A stretch of 64,000 nucleotides of DNA from Candidatus Thorarchaeota archaeon (lineage in GTDB: Archaea; Asgardarchaeota; Thorarchaeia; Thorarchaeales; Thorarchaeaceae). The notes below the pieces were generated by a model. It did not search any database and had not been told where the DNA came from. It was given only the letters and a program-made list of their open reading frames with translations. The stretch spans positions 34,271 through 98,270 of the forward strand of contig DXJO01000028.1 in the NCBI GenBank assembly GCA_019057475.1, given 5' to 3'. Within the stretch, counting starts at the first letter, position 1; the number at the start of each line of letters is the position of its first letter. Positions 1-8,943 of the stretch are shown here, in pieces. Both the position numbers and the translations under genes were made by a program.

Positions 1-2
1 TA

Positions 3-800
3 GAGTTGGAGGCGAACCCGGGACATGCCTGTTGTCCAGAACCCACGACGTTCACAGGAGTCGATTTCGAGGCTTGGATAACGCTCGCCGCTAGAAATGT
101 CGCTGTTAGCGAAACTACTGGATTGGAAACTCTTTCTCTCTGTAGTGGTTGTTTCCATACTTTGGCTGTTGCTAACCACATGATTCAGGAAGACGAAAAT
201 CTGAAGGGCAGAATCAATGAGCGGCTCAAAACGGTCGGGCTGAAGGTGACTGGACGCTTAATTGTCAAGAATATCCTTCATGTTCTTCATGGGGACGTTG
301 GGCTGGAACGAATAAAGAAGGAGATTACTCATCCACTCACAGGATTAAAGTTCGCACCCCACTATGGATGCCATCTTGTGAGGCCGCTAGAAGCAACTCA
401 CATGGACGATGCTGAGCAACCAAAGTGGATGGATGATTTAATAGAAGTCACAGGTGCCGAGGTGGCGGACTTCGAAGACAAGATGGCTTGCTGTGGGGCA
501 CCGATTATGCCTTCAGATGCAGACAAAGCCTTCACACTCACTGCGGACAGAATCGAGAAAATCCGAGCATCAGGCGCGGATGCTATCATAGTAGTTTGCC
601 CGACTTGCTACACTCAGTTGGAAACGCAGCAGAAAAAGGCAACCGCAAAATTCGATCCGGAGTATAGCATCCCTGTGCTGTATCTGGGCGAGTTACTGGC
701 CATATCGATGGGCATGAAGGACATGGTCATATCTAATGCAAGACGGTATCATCGTGTCAAAGTGGGGCCACTGCTTGAAAAAATCGGAGGTGCCGCATAG
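3..800 (+). CDS. hdrB: Heterodisulfide reductase subunit B (CCG domains), 5'-truncated by window edge
   Basis: Two cysteine-rich CCG-type domains (HACCP...CSGCF; ACCGA...CPTCYTQLE) and HYGCHLVRP; frame open to the window start. Confidence 0.9.
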   Translation, partial: ELEANPGHACCPEPTTFTGVDFEAWITLAARNVAVSETTGLETLSLCSGCFHTLAVANHMIQEDENLKGRINERLKTVGLKVTGRLIVKNILHVLHGDVGLERIKKEITHPLTGLKFAPHYGCHLVRPLEATHMDDAEQPKWMDDLIEVTGAEVADFEDKMACCGAPIMPSDADKAFTLTADRIEKIRASGADAIIVVCPTCYTQLETQQKKATAKFDPEYSIPVLYLGELLAISMGMKDMVISNARRYHRVKVGPLLEKIGGAA

Positions 801-2066
801 ATGACAAAGACTGTTGTTGTTATCGGAGCTGGTTTAGCTGGTATTCAAGTCACTCAGCAGCTCACTGACTTGGGTGTTACCGTTCATCTAATCGAAAAGG
901 AGTCTATTATCGGCGGCCTCGCAACACACTTGGGGCGTGTCTTCCCCACAGGCGACTGTGCTCTTTGTCTAGATGCGTGTGAAGAGCTGTTCGACGGGCA
1001 TCATCGACGGTGTCAGTACAGAAGTCTACTGACGTCGAAGAAGAATCTAAAATTATACACTCAGACGGAGATAAGGTCGATAACTGAAGTAGATGGAAAG
1101 TTCTCTCTTTCCATTAAATCGCATCCGCGCTACGTTCTTCTTGACCGATGTGTTGTATGCCTCGAGTGCATCAATGTATGCGACGTTGAAATCCCGGATG
1201 AATACGCAATTCGGGGCGGTACTAGAAAAGCAATCTATCGACCGATATCTCAAGGTGTTCCACTCGTTCCGCTTATTGACATGGACCACTGCACCCAGTG
1301 TGGCAAGTGTGTTGAAGTCTGTGGAGTCGATGCGATTGACCTTGCAGAGAAAGCTAAGACCCGTACAATCAAAGCTGATGCTCTGATTCTAGCGACGGGC
1401 GTTGAGGAGAAGATACCTCTCAATTTGCCCGGCTATGCTTACAGTGAATCTGACGACATAATCACCCAAAGAGAACTAGCAAGGCTGATTGACCCAACTG
1501 GTGATACGGATGGTCAAGTAATCACATCATCCGGAGATGCTGCAGCTAAGGTAACGATGATATTATGCGCTGGCAGCCGGGATTTGGAAGCCACTGAGTA
1601 CTGCTCCCAAGCTTGTTGTACTTACAGCCTGAAGCACGCAAACATGCTGAGGGACAAGGAGATCGATGTGACAATATGCTACATGGATCTGCGCGTTCAG
1701 AAAGCAAGCAACCACTATCTGGACTTGGCAAGAGAGAAGGGCGTAAAATTCCTCAGAGGAAAGCCTGACCGGGTTGTTGTCAGGAACGGCAAGCCTACTA
1801 CAATCGTTGAAGATACACAGACCCAGCAACGGATGGAGATTGAATCTGACATAGTGGTTCTGGCATCCCCATTATCTCCACTTGCCAGTCAGAGTGAGGT
1901 TTTGGCCGATTTCCTGGGTGAATACGGGTTTGCGTTAAGAGTGGTCAAAGAAGGACGTGTCTATGCGTGTGGCACGGCCACAGGTCCTGAGGATATACCG
2001 ACCAGTATTGCTGAGGCGAATGCCATTGCACTGAGAGTGTATGCAGACTTGGAGGGTGGTCGTTAG
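801..2066 (+). CDS. hdrA: Short HdrA-family flavoprotein/Fe-S protein
   Basis: GAGLAG FAD motif, FPTGDCALC, 2x[4Fe-4S] insert (CVVCLEC, CTQCGKC), CAGSRD...YCSQACC; SD GGAGGTG upstream. Confidence 0.85.
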   Translation: MTKTVVVIGAGLAGIQVTQQLTDLGVTVHLIEKESIIGGLATHLGRVFPTGDCALCLDACEELFDGHHRRCQYRSLLTSKKNLKLYTQTEIRSITEVDGKFSLSIKSHPRYVLLDRCVVCLECINVCDVEIPDEYAIRGGTRKAIYRPISQGVPLVPLIDMDHCTQCGKCVEVCGVDAIDLAEKAKTRTIKADALILATGVEEKIPLNLPGYAYSESDDIITQRELARLIDPTGDTDGQVITSSGDAAAKVTMILCAGSRDLEATEYCSQACCTYSLKHANMLRDKEIDVTICYMDLRVQKASNHYLDLAREKGVKFLRGKPDRVVVRNGKPTTIVEDTQTQQRMEIESDIVVLASPLSPLASQSEVLADFLGEYGFALRVVKEGRVYACGTATGPEDIPTSIAEANAIALRVYADLEGGR

Positions 2067-4031
2067 ATGAAGAAGCTGTTTCTGTGTACCTGCAACAAGA
2101 CACTCGATAAGAAGCTAGACTTTCTGCGCATTGAGAAGGAGCTGAAGGGCGTCTTCGACAGTGTTCAGATTCACGACGCGCTGTGCCTGAAGGAAGGACT
2201 TGCCTTTTTGGAATCAGAAGTTTCCAATGAGGACAGCGTAGTTATTGGAGCCTGCACATCACAAATTATTGGCATGCCCATGTCTGAGAAACTGAAGACT
2301 GAGTCTGTTTCCTTTGTGCCTTTGAGAGAACACGTGGCATGGGTTCACTCTAACGACTTGAAGGGCGCTTCAAACAAGGCTGTAGTGCTATTGTGTGATG
2401 CAGCAATCAGAGTTGACCACATGGATTCCCCAACGGTTGTGGAGAACCATATGGAGAAGGAGGTCCTAATTGTCGGTGGGGGCATGTGTGGCCTGAAGGT
2501 AGCTGCAGACCTTCTACACTTGGGCATTGATGTGACAATTCTTGAGCCTTGTCCGTGGGATGATACGGCCTATGTTGAGGCTGGCCAATTCATGGCTGAC
2601 AAAAATACACTCACGAAAATGGTCAAGGAGTTGGTATCTGCCACTGCATCCGCGACGACGATATGCTGTACCATAACCGGACTCGAGGGTCGGGCTGGGA
2701 AGTATGGCGTGTCCCTCGCGTGTCTTGATGGAAAAGTATCGACCATTGACTGTGGCTCGATTGTTATTGCGACCAATGTCGAGCAAAAGCCGCCGCCCAT
2801 GGCAAAGAAGTTACTCTATGGCAAGTCCGATCGAACGATCCTCCTCGGGAATCTTGCAACCCTCGTTGAAAAGCAAGGACCGAAGGACGTTAGGACAGTA
2901 TTGGTAGCAGTTGACCCAACTCATCATCTCAGTGCTGTTGAGGGCGGTTATCTTCTTCGAGTTGTCACTGAGGCTGCGAAGAAGGGCAACACTGTCATTG
3001 TGGCACATTCAAACATAAGAACCGACGATGAGAACATTTACCGCGCCGCTCGAGAATCTGGTGTCATCTTTGTCAGAGGCACCTTGGAGAAGGCCAAAGA
3101 TACCAAGGACGGAATGGTCTGCCGGCTGGAGAATACGCTGGAGTCGCAGATTAGAGAGTTTGTTGTTGATCTACTAGTACTTCAAACAATGACTCGGCCG
3201 AGAGGCGATACAGCTGAGCTCGCTAGAATAGCGGGGTTGAGTCTGGATGAAGATGGATTCATCACGACACGGTACTCGAAGAACAAGCCCGTCCAGACCT
3301 CCAAGAGAGGAATCTACATTGCTGGCAATGGCAAGATGCCAATGAGTATTGATGATGCGATAGCATCCGCCGGGAATGCGGCCCTCGAAGTATTCAAGGA
3401 TATTCGAACCACCACTCGACGCAAAGGCTGGATTCCAATCATTGACGAGGAGCAATGTGATGTGTGTGAGGCGTGCATTGAGGCATGTCCGAATGACGCA
3501 CTGAGACTTGTGGATGGCAAGGTAACTCACATTTCTCAGCATTGCGAGTTTTGTGGCATCTGCGTTTCGGTTTGTCCAACGCGGGCGATTGAGTTCCAAT
3601 CTCACAGCAAGGAATCGTGGTTTGCCAGGCTCGAAGCTCTTGCAGAGAATCACAAAAAGATGGAGGGTGAGAAACCCTTCACATTCGTATACGCATGCAG
3701 TGAGTGCGCGAATGCATCGATAGACCTTGCTGGTTTCACCGGAAAGGGCTATCCTACCGGAACCTATGTGATTCAATTCCCGTGCGCGGGAATGGTTTCC
3801 CCAATAGAGATTCTGAAAGGGTTGGCGGTTGGCGCTGAACGCATTGTGGTTGCGCATTGTCCACCTGGCGGCTGTCATCATCAGACGGGAGATCATATGG
3901 CTGAGCTTGTTGTAAAATTCACACAGGACATGTTGCGAAGCATAGGACAGGACCCTGAACGAGTAAAGGCCACGTATATGATTGCGGCGTTACCTAACAA
4001 GATGCAGGAGGAGGTGGCACACCGTGGATAA
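2067..4031 (+). CDS. Divergent HdrA-like protein fused to ferredoxin and C-terminal MvhD domain
   Basis: N-terminal CTC...CLK...GAC, LREHVAWVH, GGGMCG, CDVCEAC/CEFCGIC, MvhD-like ACSECANASIDLAG...PCAG...GCHH. Confidence 0.8.
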   Translation: MKKLFLCTCNKTLDKKLDFLRIEKELKGVFDSVQIHDALCLKEGLAFLESEVSNEDSVVIGACTSQIIGMPMSEKLKTESVSFVPLREHVAWVHSNDLKGASNKAVVLLCDAAIRVDHMDSPTVVENHMEKEVLIVGGGMCGLKVAADLLHLGIDVTILEPCPWDDTAYVEAGQFMADKNTLTKMVKELVSATASATTICCTITGLEGRAGKYGVSLACLDGKVSTIDCGSIVIATNVEQKPPPMAKKLLYGKSDRTILLGNLATLVEKQGPKDVRTVLVAVDPTHHLSAVEGGYLLRVVTEAAKKGNTVIVAHSNIRTDDENIYRAARESGVIFVRGTLEKAKDTKDGMVCRLENTLESQIREFVVDLLVLQTMTRPRGDTAELARIAGLSLDEDGFITTRYSKNKPVQTSKRGIYIAGNGKMPMSIDDAIASAGNAALEVFKDIRTTTRRKGWIPIIDEEQCDVCEACIEACPNDALRLVDGKVTHISQHCEFCGICVSVCPTRAIEFQSHSKESWFARLEALAENHKKMEGEKPFTFVYACSECANASIDLAGFTGKGYPTGTYVIQFPCAGMVSPIEILKGLAVGAERIVVAHCPPGGCHHQTGDHMAELVVKFTQDMLRSIGQDPERVKATYMIAALPNKMQEEVAHRG

Positions 4032-4938
4032 ACGTGACCAGCTCATCCAGAAGCTCCGGAACATCGCCGTAAAAACCCCTGAAAATGACGTCGAAGTGCC
4101 GGAGAAGGTTGAAGGCTTTGGAACCATCGAGTACGGCGCACAGACGTGTAGCGCCTGCAAGAAGTGCATCCTAGCCTGCGAGCCTGCCGCGTTGGACATG
4201 GACCCAACGATGAATCTTCCTGACTACTTGAAGGCTACAATTCCACACGACGGCTTCAGGTCCAAGAACCGAGAATCTCTCGTAACCCTCCTACAAGGAC
4301 TTAGGGAAGAAGGCAATGTAGTGGCCATCTCGGTTCCTGATGGACTTCCTGGCTATGGTTCTATTGCATGGGCTGCAGATCGGTGCATTGCCTGCGACAA
4401 GTGCATTGAGGCTTGTCTTGAGGACTGTCTTACGTTGGAGAAGACGTACAAGCTACCAGAGATAATCGGCGAGGTGAAACCGCCTCCGTCAATCACCGTG
4501 AGTAAGGACTGGGAGCCATTCATACTTTGCTTTGTGTGTTGGGAGTGCTCGCATGCGGCGGCCGACTTAGCGGGTCTTATGCACTTGCACTATCCCACGA
4601 ACATCAGAACTATTAGAATACCCTGTCTTGGCGCGGTCGAACCCATGCACATCATGACCGCATTGGAGAACGGAGTCGATGGAGTCTTGTTGACAGGTTG
4701 TCTCCTCTCAGAGTGTCACTATGGAGGAGATAGCCCAAAGGCTGGCAATTTCATGCAGTACGACTTCGTAAAGTTCTGGATGGATGTTCTTGAAGAGATT
4801 GGCATGGGCGGCAGGATTCATATTGACTCCGCATCCGCGGCCATGGGCATTAAATTCGCTGATATCGTGAAGGAATTCACTGAGAAAATACAGAATCTGG
4901 GGCCCAGCCCGATTCGGGGAAAGCTGGAGGTGCGGTAG
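4024..4938 (+). CDS. mvhD: Ferredoxin-MvhD (hydrogenase delta subunit) fusion
   Basis: CSACKKC and CIACDKC motifs, then CWECSHAAADLAG...RIPCLG...GC..SECHY; start set at GTG 4024 after SD GAGGAGGTG. Confidence 0.8.
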   Translation: MDKRDQLIQKLRNIAVKTPENDVEVPEKVEGFGTIEYGAQTCSACKKCILACEPAALDMDPTMNLPDYLKATIPHDGFRSKNRESLVTLLQGLREEGNVVAISVPDGLPGYGSIAWAADRCIACDKCIEACLEDCLTLEKTYKLPEIIGEVKPPPSITVSKDWEPFILCFVCWECSHAAADLAGLMHLHYPTNIRTIRIPCLGAVEPMHIMTALENGVDGVLLTGCLLSECHYGGDSPKAGNFMQYDFVKFWMDVLEEIGMGGRIHIDSASAAMGIKFADIVKEFTEKIQNLGPSPIRGKLEVR

Positions 4939-4939
4939 A

Positions 4940-7900
4940 ATGCCTAAGAAGAAAAAGACTGAAGATCGCATTGGTGTATTTGTTTGTAGCTGCGGGACAA
5001 ACATTGGTGGAGTTATTGATGTCGATAAACTTGCCAAAGAGTTCGAGGACTATCCAGGCGTTGCGTTATCGGCCTGGAACATGTTCACGTGCTCAAAAGA
5101 GGGGCAGGTCCGAATTGCAGAAACCATCGAGGAACAGAACCTTACAGGCGTTGTAGTAGCATCGTGCACGCCGAAGCTTCACGAGGAACTATTCAGGGAC
5201 ATCTTGGAAGAGAAGGGTCTCAATAGGTTTAGACTAGCACAGGCGAACCTCAGAGAGCACAACACATGGGTTCATGATGACGAACCCGAGAAAGCCTACG
5301 AAATAGCTTATGACCTGATTTCAGGAGCAATCGAGAGAGCCAAGCTGCTAGAGGACATAGGATTCGAGGAGTATCCAGTTGAAACGAGCGTGCTTGTTGT
5401 TGGTGCTGGCGTTTCCGGAATTCAAACAGCATTGGATCTCGCTGACAAGGACATCAAAGTTCATCTAATCGAGCGCAATGTTGCTATCGGCGGCTATATG
5501 CCCAAGTTGGAGAAGACATTCCCCACCCTCGATTGTTCCATGTGCATCCTTTCACCAAAACTGAGCGCTGTTGACAGGAGCAAGAATATCGACATACACA
5601 CATGCACTGAAATCATCGACGTGGAGCGGGACTATGGCAACTTCAAAGTCAAACTGCGAACGCGTCCTCGTTACATAGACCTTGAGAAATGCAATGCCTG
5701 TGGAGATTGCGTGGAGGTCTGTCCAGTACTTACCCCCAATGATCATGACCTTGGCATGTCATTGCGAAAAGCAACGTACAAGCCGTATCCCCAAGCAGTC
5801 CCCGGTGCCTTCGCAATCGAAAAGCTGGGGCACGCCGCGTGCAAGATATCCTGTCCTGCACATGTGAGTTGTCAAGCATTTATCACGCTTACACGTGAAG
5901 GCACGTACGATAAGGCTCTCAGTCTCGTGAGAGAAGCAATACCGTTCCCCGGCTCGTTGGGACGTGTATGTCCAGCTTTCTGTGAAGACCAGTGCGAGAG
6001 AGGAACACACGACAAGAGCGTGAGCATCAGAAACGTTCACCGATTCCTCCACGATTATGAGCTTGAAACCGGACCTGTTGAGTCTGTTGAACCAGCAATA
6101 GACAAGGAGGAGCAAGTAGCGGTAGTCGGTGGTGGACCCGCAGGGATTGCATGTGCTCTATACCTTGCCAGACTTGGATATCCAGTGACGGTCTTCGAAG
6201 AAAAGAAGGAGGCGGGTGGCTTGCTCAGATGGGGCATTCCTGAACATCGTCTACCTCGGGATATCCTCCGATCAGAAATTGCTTTCGTAGAACAGCACGG
6301 AGTCAAGATTGTTACCGGAACTCGGGTTGATTCCATTGAACAGTTGAAGAAGCAGGGTTACAAAGCTGTGTTCCTCGGAACTGGTGCGCCTGTAAGTTCA
6401 CAACTGAGACTGACTGGTGAAAACGCGAAAGGCGTTCATCACGCACTCGACTTCCTTTATCGCGTTAATAGTGGTAAGAAGGTCCAGCTTGGAAAGCATG
6501 TCGCCATCATAGGAGGTGGCAACTCTGCGGTTGACTCGGCAAGGGTCGCTTTGCGCCTTGGAGCGGACACAGTGACAATTGTCTATCGAAGGTCAAGGAC
6601 AGAGATGCCGGCCATCCAGAGCGAGATAGATGATGCAGTGAAAGAGGGCGTGAAACTCAAACTGCTTACTAACCCCGTTGAGGTCTTAGTGTCCAATGGT
6701 GCAGTATTCGGCTTGAAGTGCATCAAGATGAAGCTGGGAGAACCCGACGATTCAGGAAGAAGGCGTCCCATTCCAATCCCCGGTTCAGAGTTTGATATTG
6801 AGGTTGACGACATGATCGTCGCCATTGGCCAGAAGGTGGGGCCTGACGGTATACACTCCGGGCTCGAATTGACACGTTGGGGTACTGTCGATGTGGATCC
6901 TCTCACAATGCAGACAAGCATGGATGACGTGTTTGCGGGTGGGGACCTTGTGACTGGTCCAGCTCTCGCCGTGGAGGCGGTTGGTGCGGGGAATGAAGCG
7001 GCGGAGTCAATTCATAGGTACCTCCGCAGTCTTGACCTTCGTGAAGGCAGGCCATTTGTCCTGCCTCAAGCGCCCCCGCCAGATGTTGCTCCTGATGCAC
7101 TCCCTGGTGGTTCACGAGCCAGGATGAAGAAATTGTCTGCAAAGAAGAGAGCAACCAATTTTGACGAAGTGGAGCTTGGTTTCACTGAGAAAATTGCAGT
7201 CAAGGAATCTGAGCGTTGTCTTGGTTGTGCAATCTGTTGCGAGTGCAAGCTATGCGTCGAGGCTTGTCAAAAGGATGCCATCGACCATTACATGAAGGAA
7301 GAGGTGTTTGAACTGACTGTTGGCGCGATAGTTGCTGCCACAGGGTTCCAAGAGATAAGTATGGAAGAGCTGCCAGAATACGGTGGCGGGAAGTTCCAAA
7401 GGGTAATTACAGCTGGTCAGTACGGTCGGCTGTTGAGCCTTGTCGGTCCGACGGCCGGGAAGATAATGATCCCTCCCGACTATACTGAAACGCCAAAGCG
7501 CATTGCTTACATTAACTGCGCAGGGTCTCGTGACGAGGGTTGCAGACCATGGTGCTGCAACTTTGGATGCATGTACACACTTAGGCACGCAGAGATGACC
7601 AACCGTGAATATGGCGACTCGATGGAGCAATGGATAATCTATCATGAGCTCCGTGCAGGAGGAAAGGAGTACGAGCAATTTTACAGGAGAGTAAGAGAGC
7701 ACGGTATTCGTTTTGTGCGAGGCTTCCCCAGCGATTTCACTGAGGAAAAGGACGGTACAATTAGCTTCTCAATCTTCGACCAAGGATCGGGCCAGCTCCT
7801 TCGGTTGAACTTTGATCTCGTTGTGCTCACAATGGCGGTTGATCCGTCGGAGGGAACTGCAGAACTTGCACACATACTGGGAGTTGACAGAAGCGAAGGT

Positions 7901-8344
7901 GGCTTCATGAAGGAGCTACATCCGAAACTCGAGCCAGTGAACACAAAGGCTCGCGGAGTGTACATTGCAGGCACGTGTCAAAGTCCGAAGGATATCCCGT
8001 CTTGCGTTTCGGATGCAAAGGCTGCAGCAAGCGCAGCAGCATCACATGTGCTCAAGGGCATAGTAAGAGTGCAGATGGACAAGGCGATGATCGATGAGGA
8101 CATCTGTATTGGGTGCGGGCTCTGTGAGAAGGTATGTCCGTTCGATGCTATCACAATGAAGGATCGAGATGAAGGGCCACAGCTTGCAGAGGTCAACTCG
8201 CTTCTATGCACAGGTTGTGGTAAGTGTCAGGTGGTCTGCCCCACTGGAGCAGCAAAGCGCAAGCATTACACGACTGAGCAAATCGAAGCAGAGGTTCTTG
8301 GTCTGATAGCGTCTCACAGGAGGCAGCAGGCAGCGCGACACTAG
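4940..8344 (+). CDS. hdrA: Large HdrA (HdrL-type) with inserted GltD/NfnB-like NAD(P)H-binding module
   Basis: CSCGTNIG, KTFPTLDCSMC; insert with CPAH...GRVCPAFCE, GGGPAG, GGGNSAVD..R, YRR, FAGGD; then CAGSRD..WCCNFGC and C-terminal ferredoxin. Confidence 0.9.
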   Translation: MPKKKKTEDRIGVFVCSCGTNIGGVIDVDKLAKEFEDYPGVALSAWNMFTCSKEGQVRIAETIEEQNLTGVVVASCTPKLHEELFRDILEEKGLNRFRLAQANLREHNTWVHDDEPEKAYEIAYDLISGAIERAKLLEDIGFEEYPVETSVLVVGAGVSGIQTALDLADKDIKVHLIERNVAIGGYMPKLEKTFPTLDCSMCILSPKLSAVDRSKNIDIHTCTEIIDVERDYGNFKVKLRTRPRYIDLEKCNACGDCVEVCPVLTPNDHDLGMSLRKATYKPYPQAVPGAFAIEKLGHAACKISCPAHVSCQAFITLTREGTYDKALSLVREAIPFPGSLGRVCPAFCEDQCERGTHDKSVSIRNVHRFLHDYELETGPVESVEPAIDKEEQVAVVGGGPAGIACALYLARLGYPVTVFEEKKEAGGLLRWGIPEHRLPRDILRSEIAFVEQHGVKIVTGTRVDSIEQLKKQGYKAVFLGTGAPVSSQLRLTGENAKGVHHALDFLYRVNSGKKVQLGKHVAIIGGGNSAVDSARVALRLGADTVTIVYRRSRTEMPAIQSEIDDAVKEGVKLKLLTNPVEVLVSNGAVFGLKCIKMKLGEPDDSGRRRPIPIPGSEFDIEVDDMIVAIGQKVGPDGIHSGLELTRWGTVDVDPLTMQTSMDDVFAGGDLVTGPALAVEAVGAGNEAAESIHRYLRSLDLREGRPFVLPQAPPPDVAPDALPGGSRARMKKLSAKKRATNFDEVELGFTEKIAVKESERCLGCAICCECKLCVEACQKDAIDHYMKEEVFELTVGAIVAATGFQEISMEELPEYGGGKFQRVITAGQYGRLLSLVGPTAGKIMIPPDYTETPKRIAYINCAGSRDEGCRPWCCNFGCMYTLRHAEMTNREYGDSMEQWIIYHELRAGGKEYEQFYRRVREHGIRFVRGFPSDFTEEKDGTISFSIFDQGSGQLLRLNFDLVVLTMAVDPSEGTAELAHILGVDRSEGGFMKELHPKLEPVNTKARGVYIAGTCQSPKDIPSCVSDAKAAASAAASHVLKGIVRVQMDKAMIDEDICIGCGLCEKVCPFDAITMKDRDEGPQLAEVNSLLCTGCGKCQVVCPTGAAKRKHYTTEQIEAEVLGLIASHRRQQAARH

Positions 8345-8473
8345 CATTCCGCTGGATGCACTTTGGTCCGTATTCGCATGGGACACGCTAAATGCCGCTA
8401 TACTTAAGGTACCCTTGGTCTAATGAAACACATCATAATCCTCCTTTGATAAAATCCCAAAGTGAGCCAGACG

Positions 8474-8878
8474 ATGACCATTAGAATCCTCCTAGTAGAC
8501 GATGAGCCATCACTTGCCGGTGTCATGGAACTATATTTGAGAAAATTCATTGAGGATTTCGAGATAATCCCCTCTCTTAATGGGAGGGACGCAGTTGAGA
8601 AGGTCAAAGAGCTACTGGAATTGGGGACTCCTCCGGACTTGACTCTGATGGACTTGCGCATGCCTGCTATGGACGGTATTGAGTGCACAAAGGTCCTAGC
8701 TGAAATGGGCTTGCGTAACATACACATCCTCTCAGCCTATGTGGATGCTGAACTCCTAACAGAAGCTCAGTCCGCGGGCGCCAAGGGGGTCTTGAAGAAA
8801 AGCGAAGGCTTCAAGGCGAATGCCATCAAGGTTGCTGAGATGGTCCGTGTAATTCGGAAACCAAACCCAGCTGCGTGA
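8474..8878 (+). CDS. Stand-alone response regulator receiver (CheY-like)
   Basis: ILLVDDE, PDLTLMDLRMPAMDG, LSA, GAKGVLKK; start at ATG 8474 or GTG 8462. Confidence 0.85.
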   Translation: MTIRILLVDDEPSLAGVMELYLRKFIEDFEIIPSLNGRDAVEKVKELLELGTPPDLTLMDLRMPAMDGIECTKVLAEMGLRNIHILSAYVDAELLTEAQSAGAKGVLKKSEGFKANAIKVAEMVRVIRKPNPAA

Positions 8879-8943
8879 CACACAAAACCCTTTTCTGATG
8901 CGATTGCAAATCTTGCTGCTAATTGCAAGGTGATGATTAGGCA

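Noticed and set aside
790-2075. In-frame TAG-ATG junctions (800/801, 2066/2067; also 42319/42318) suggesting pyrrolysine readthrough into a polyprotein
   Set aside because: Each ATG has its own GGAGG-type SD, each ORF is a complete known subunit, TAG is a common stop here, and no pyl genes are in the window; translational coupling explains it
801-8344. Selenocysteine recoding/SECIS in HdrA or MvhD
   Set aside because: No in-frame TGA interrupts these ORFs and the relevant motifs are encoded as Cys
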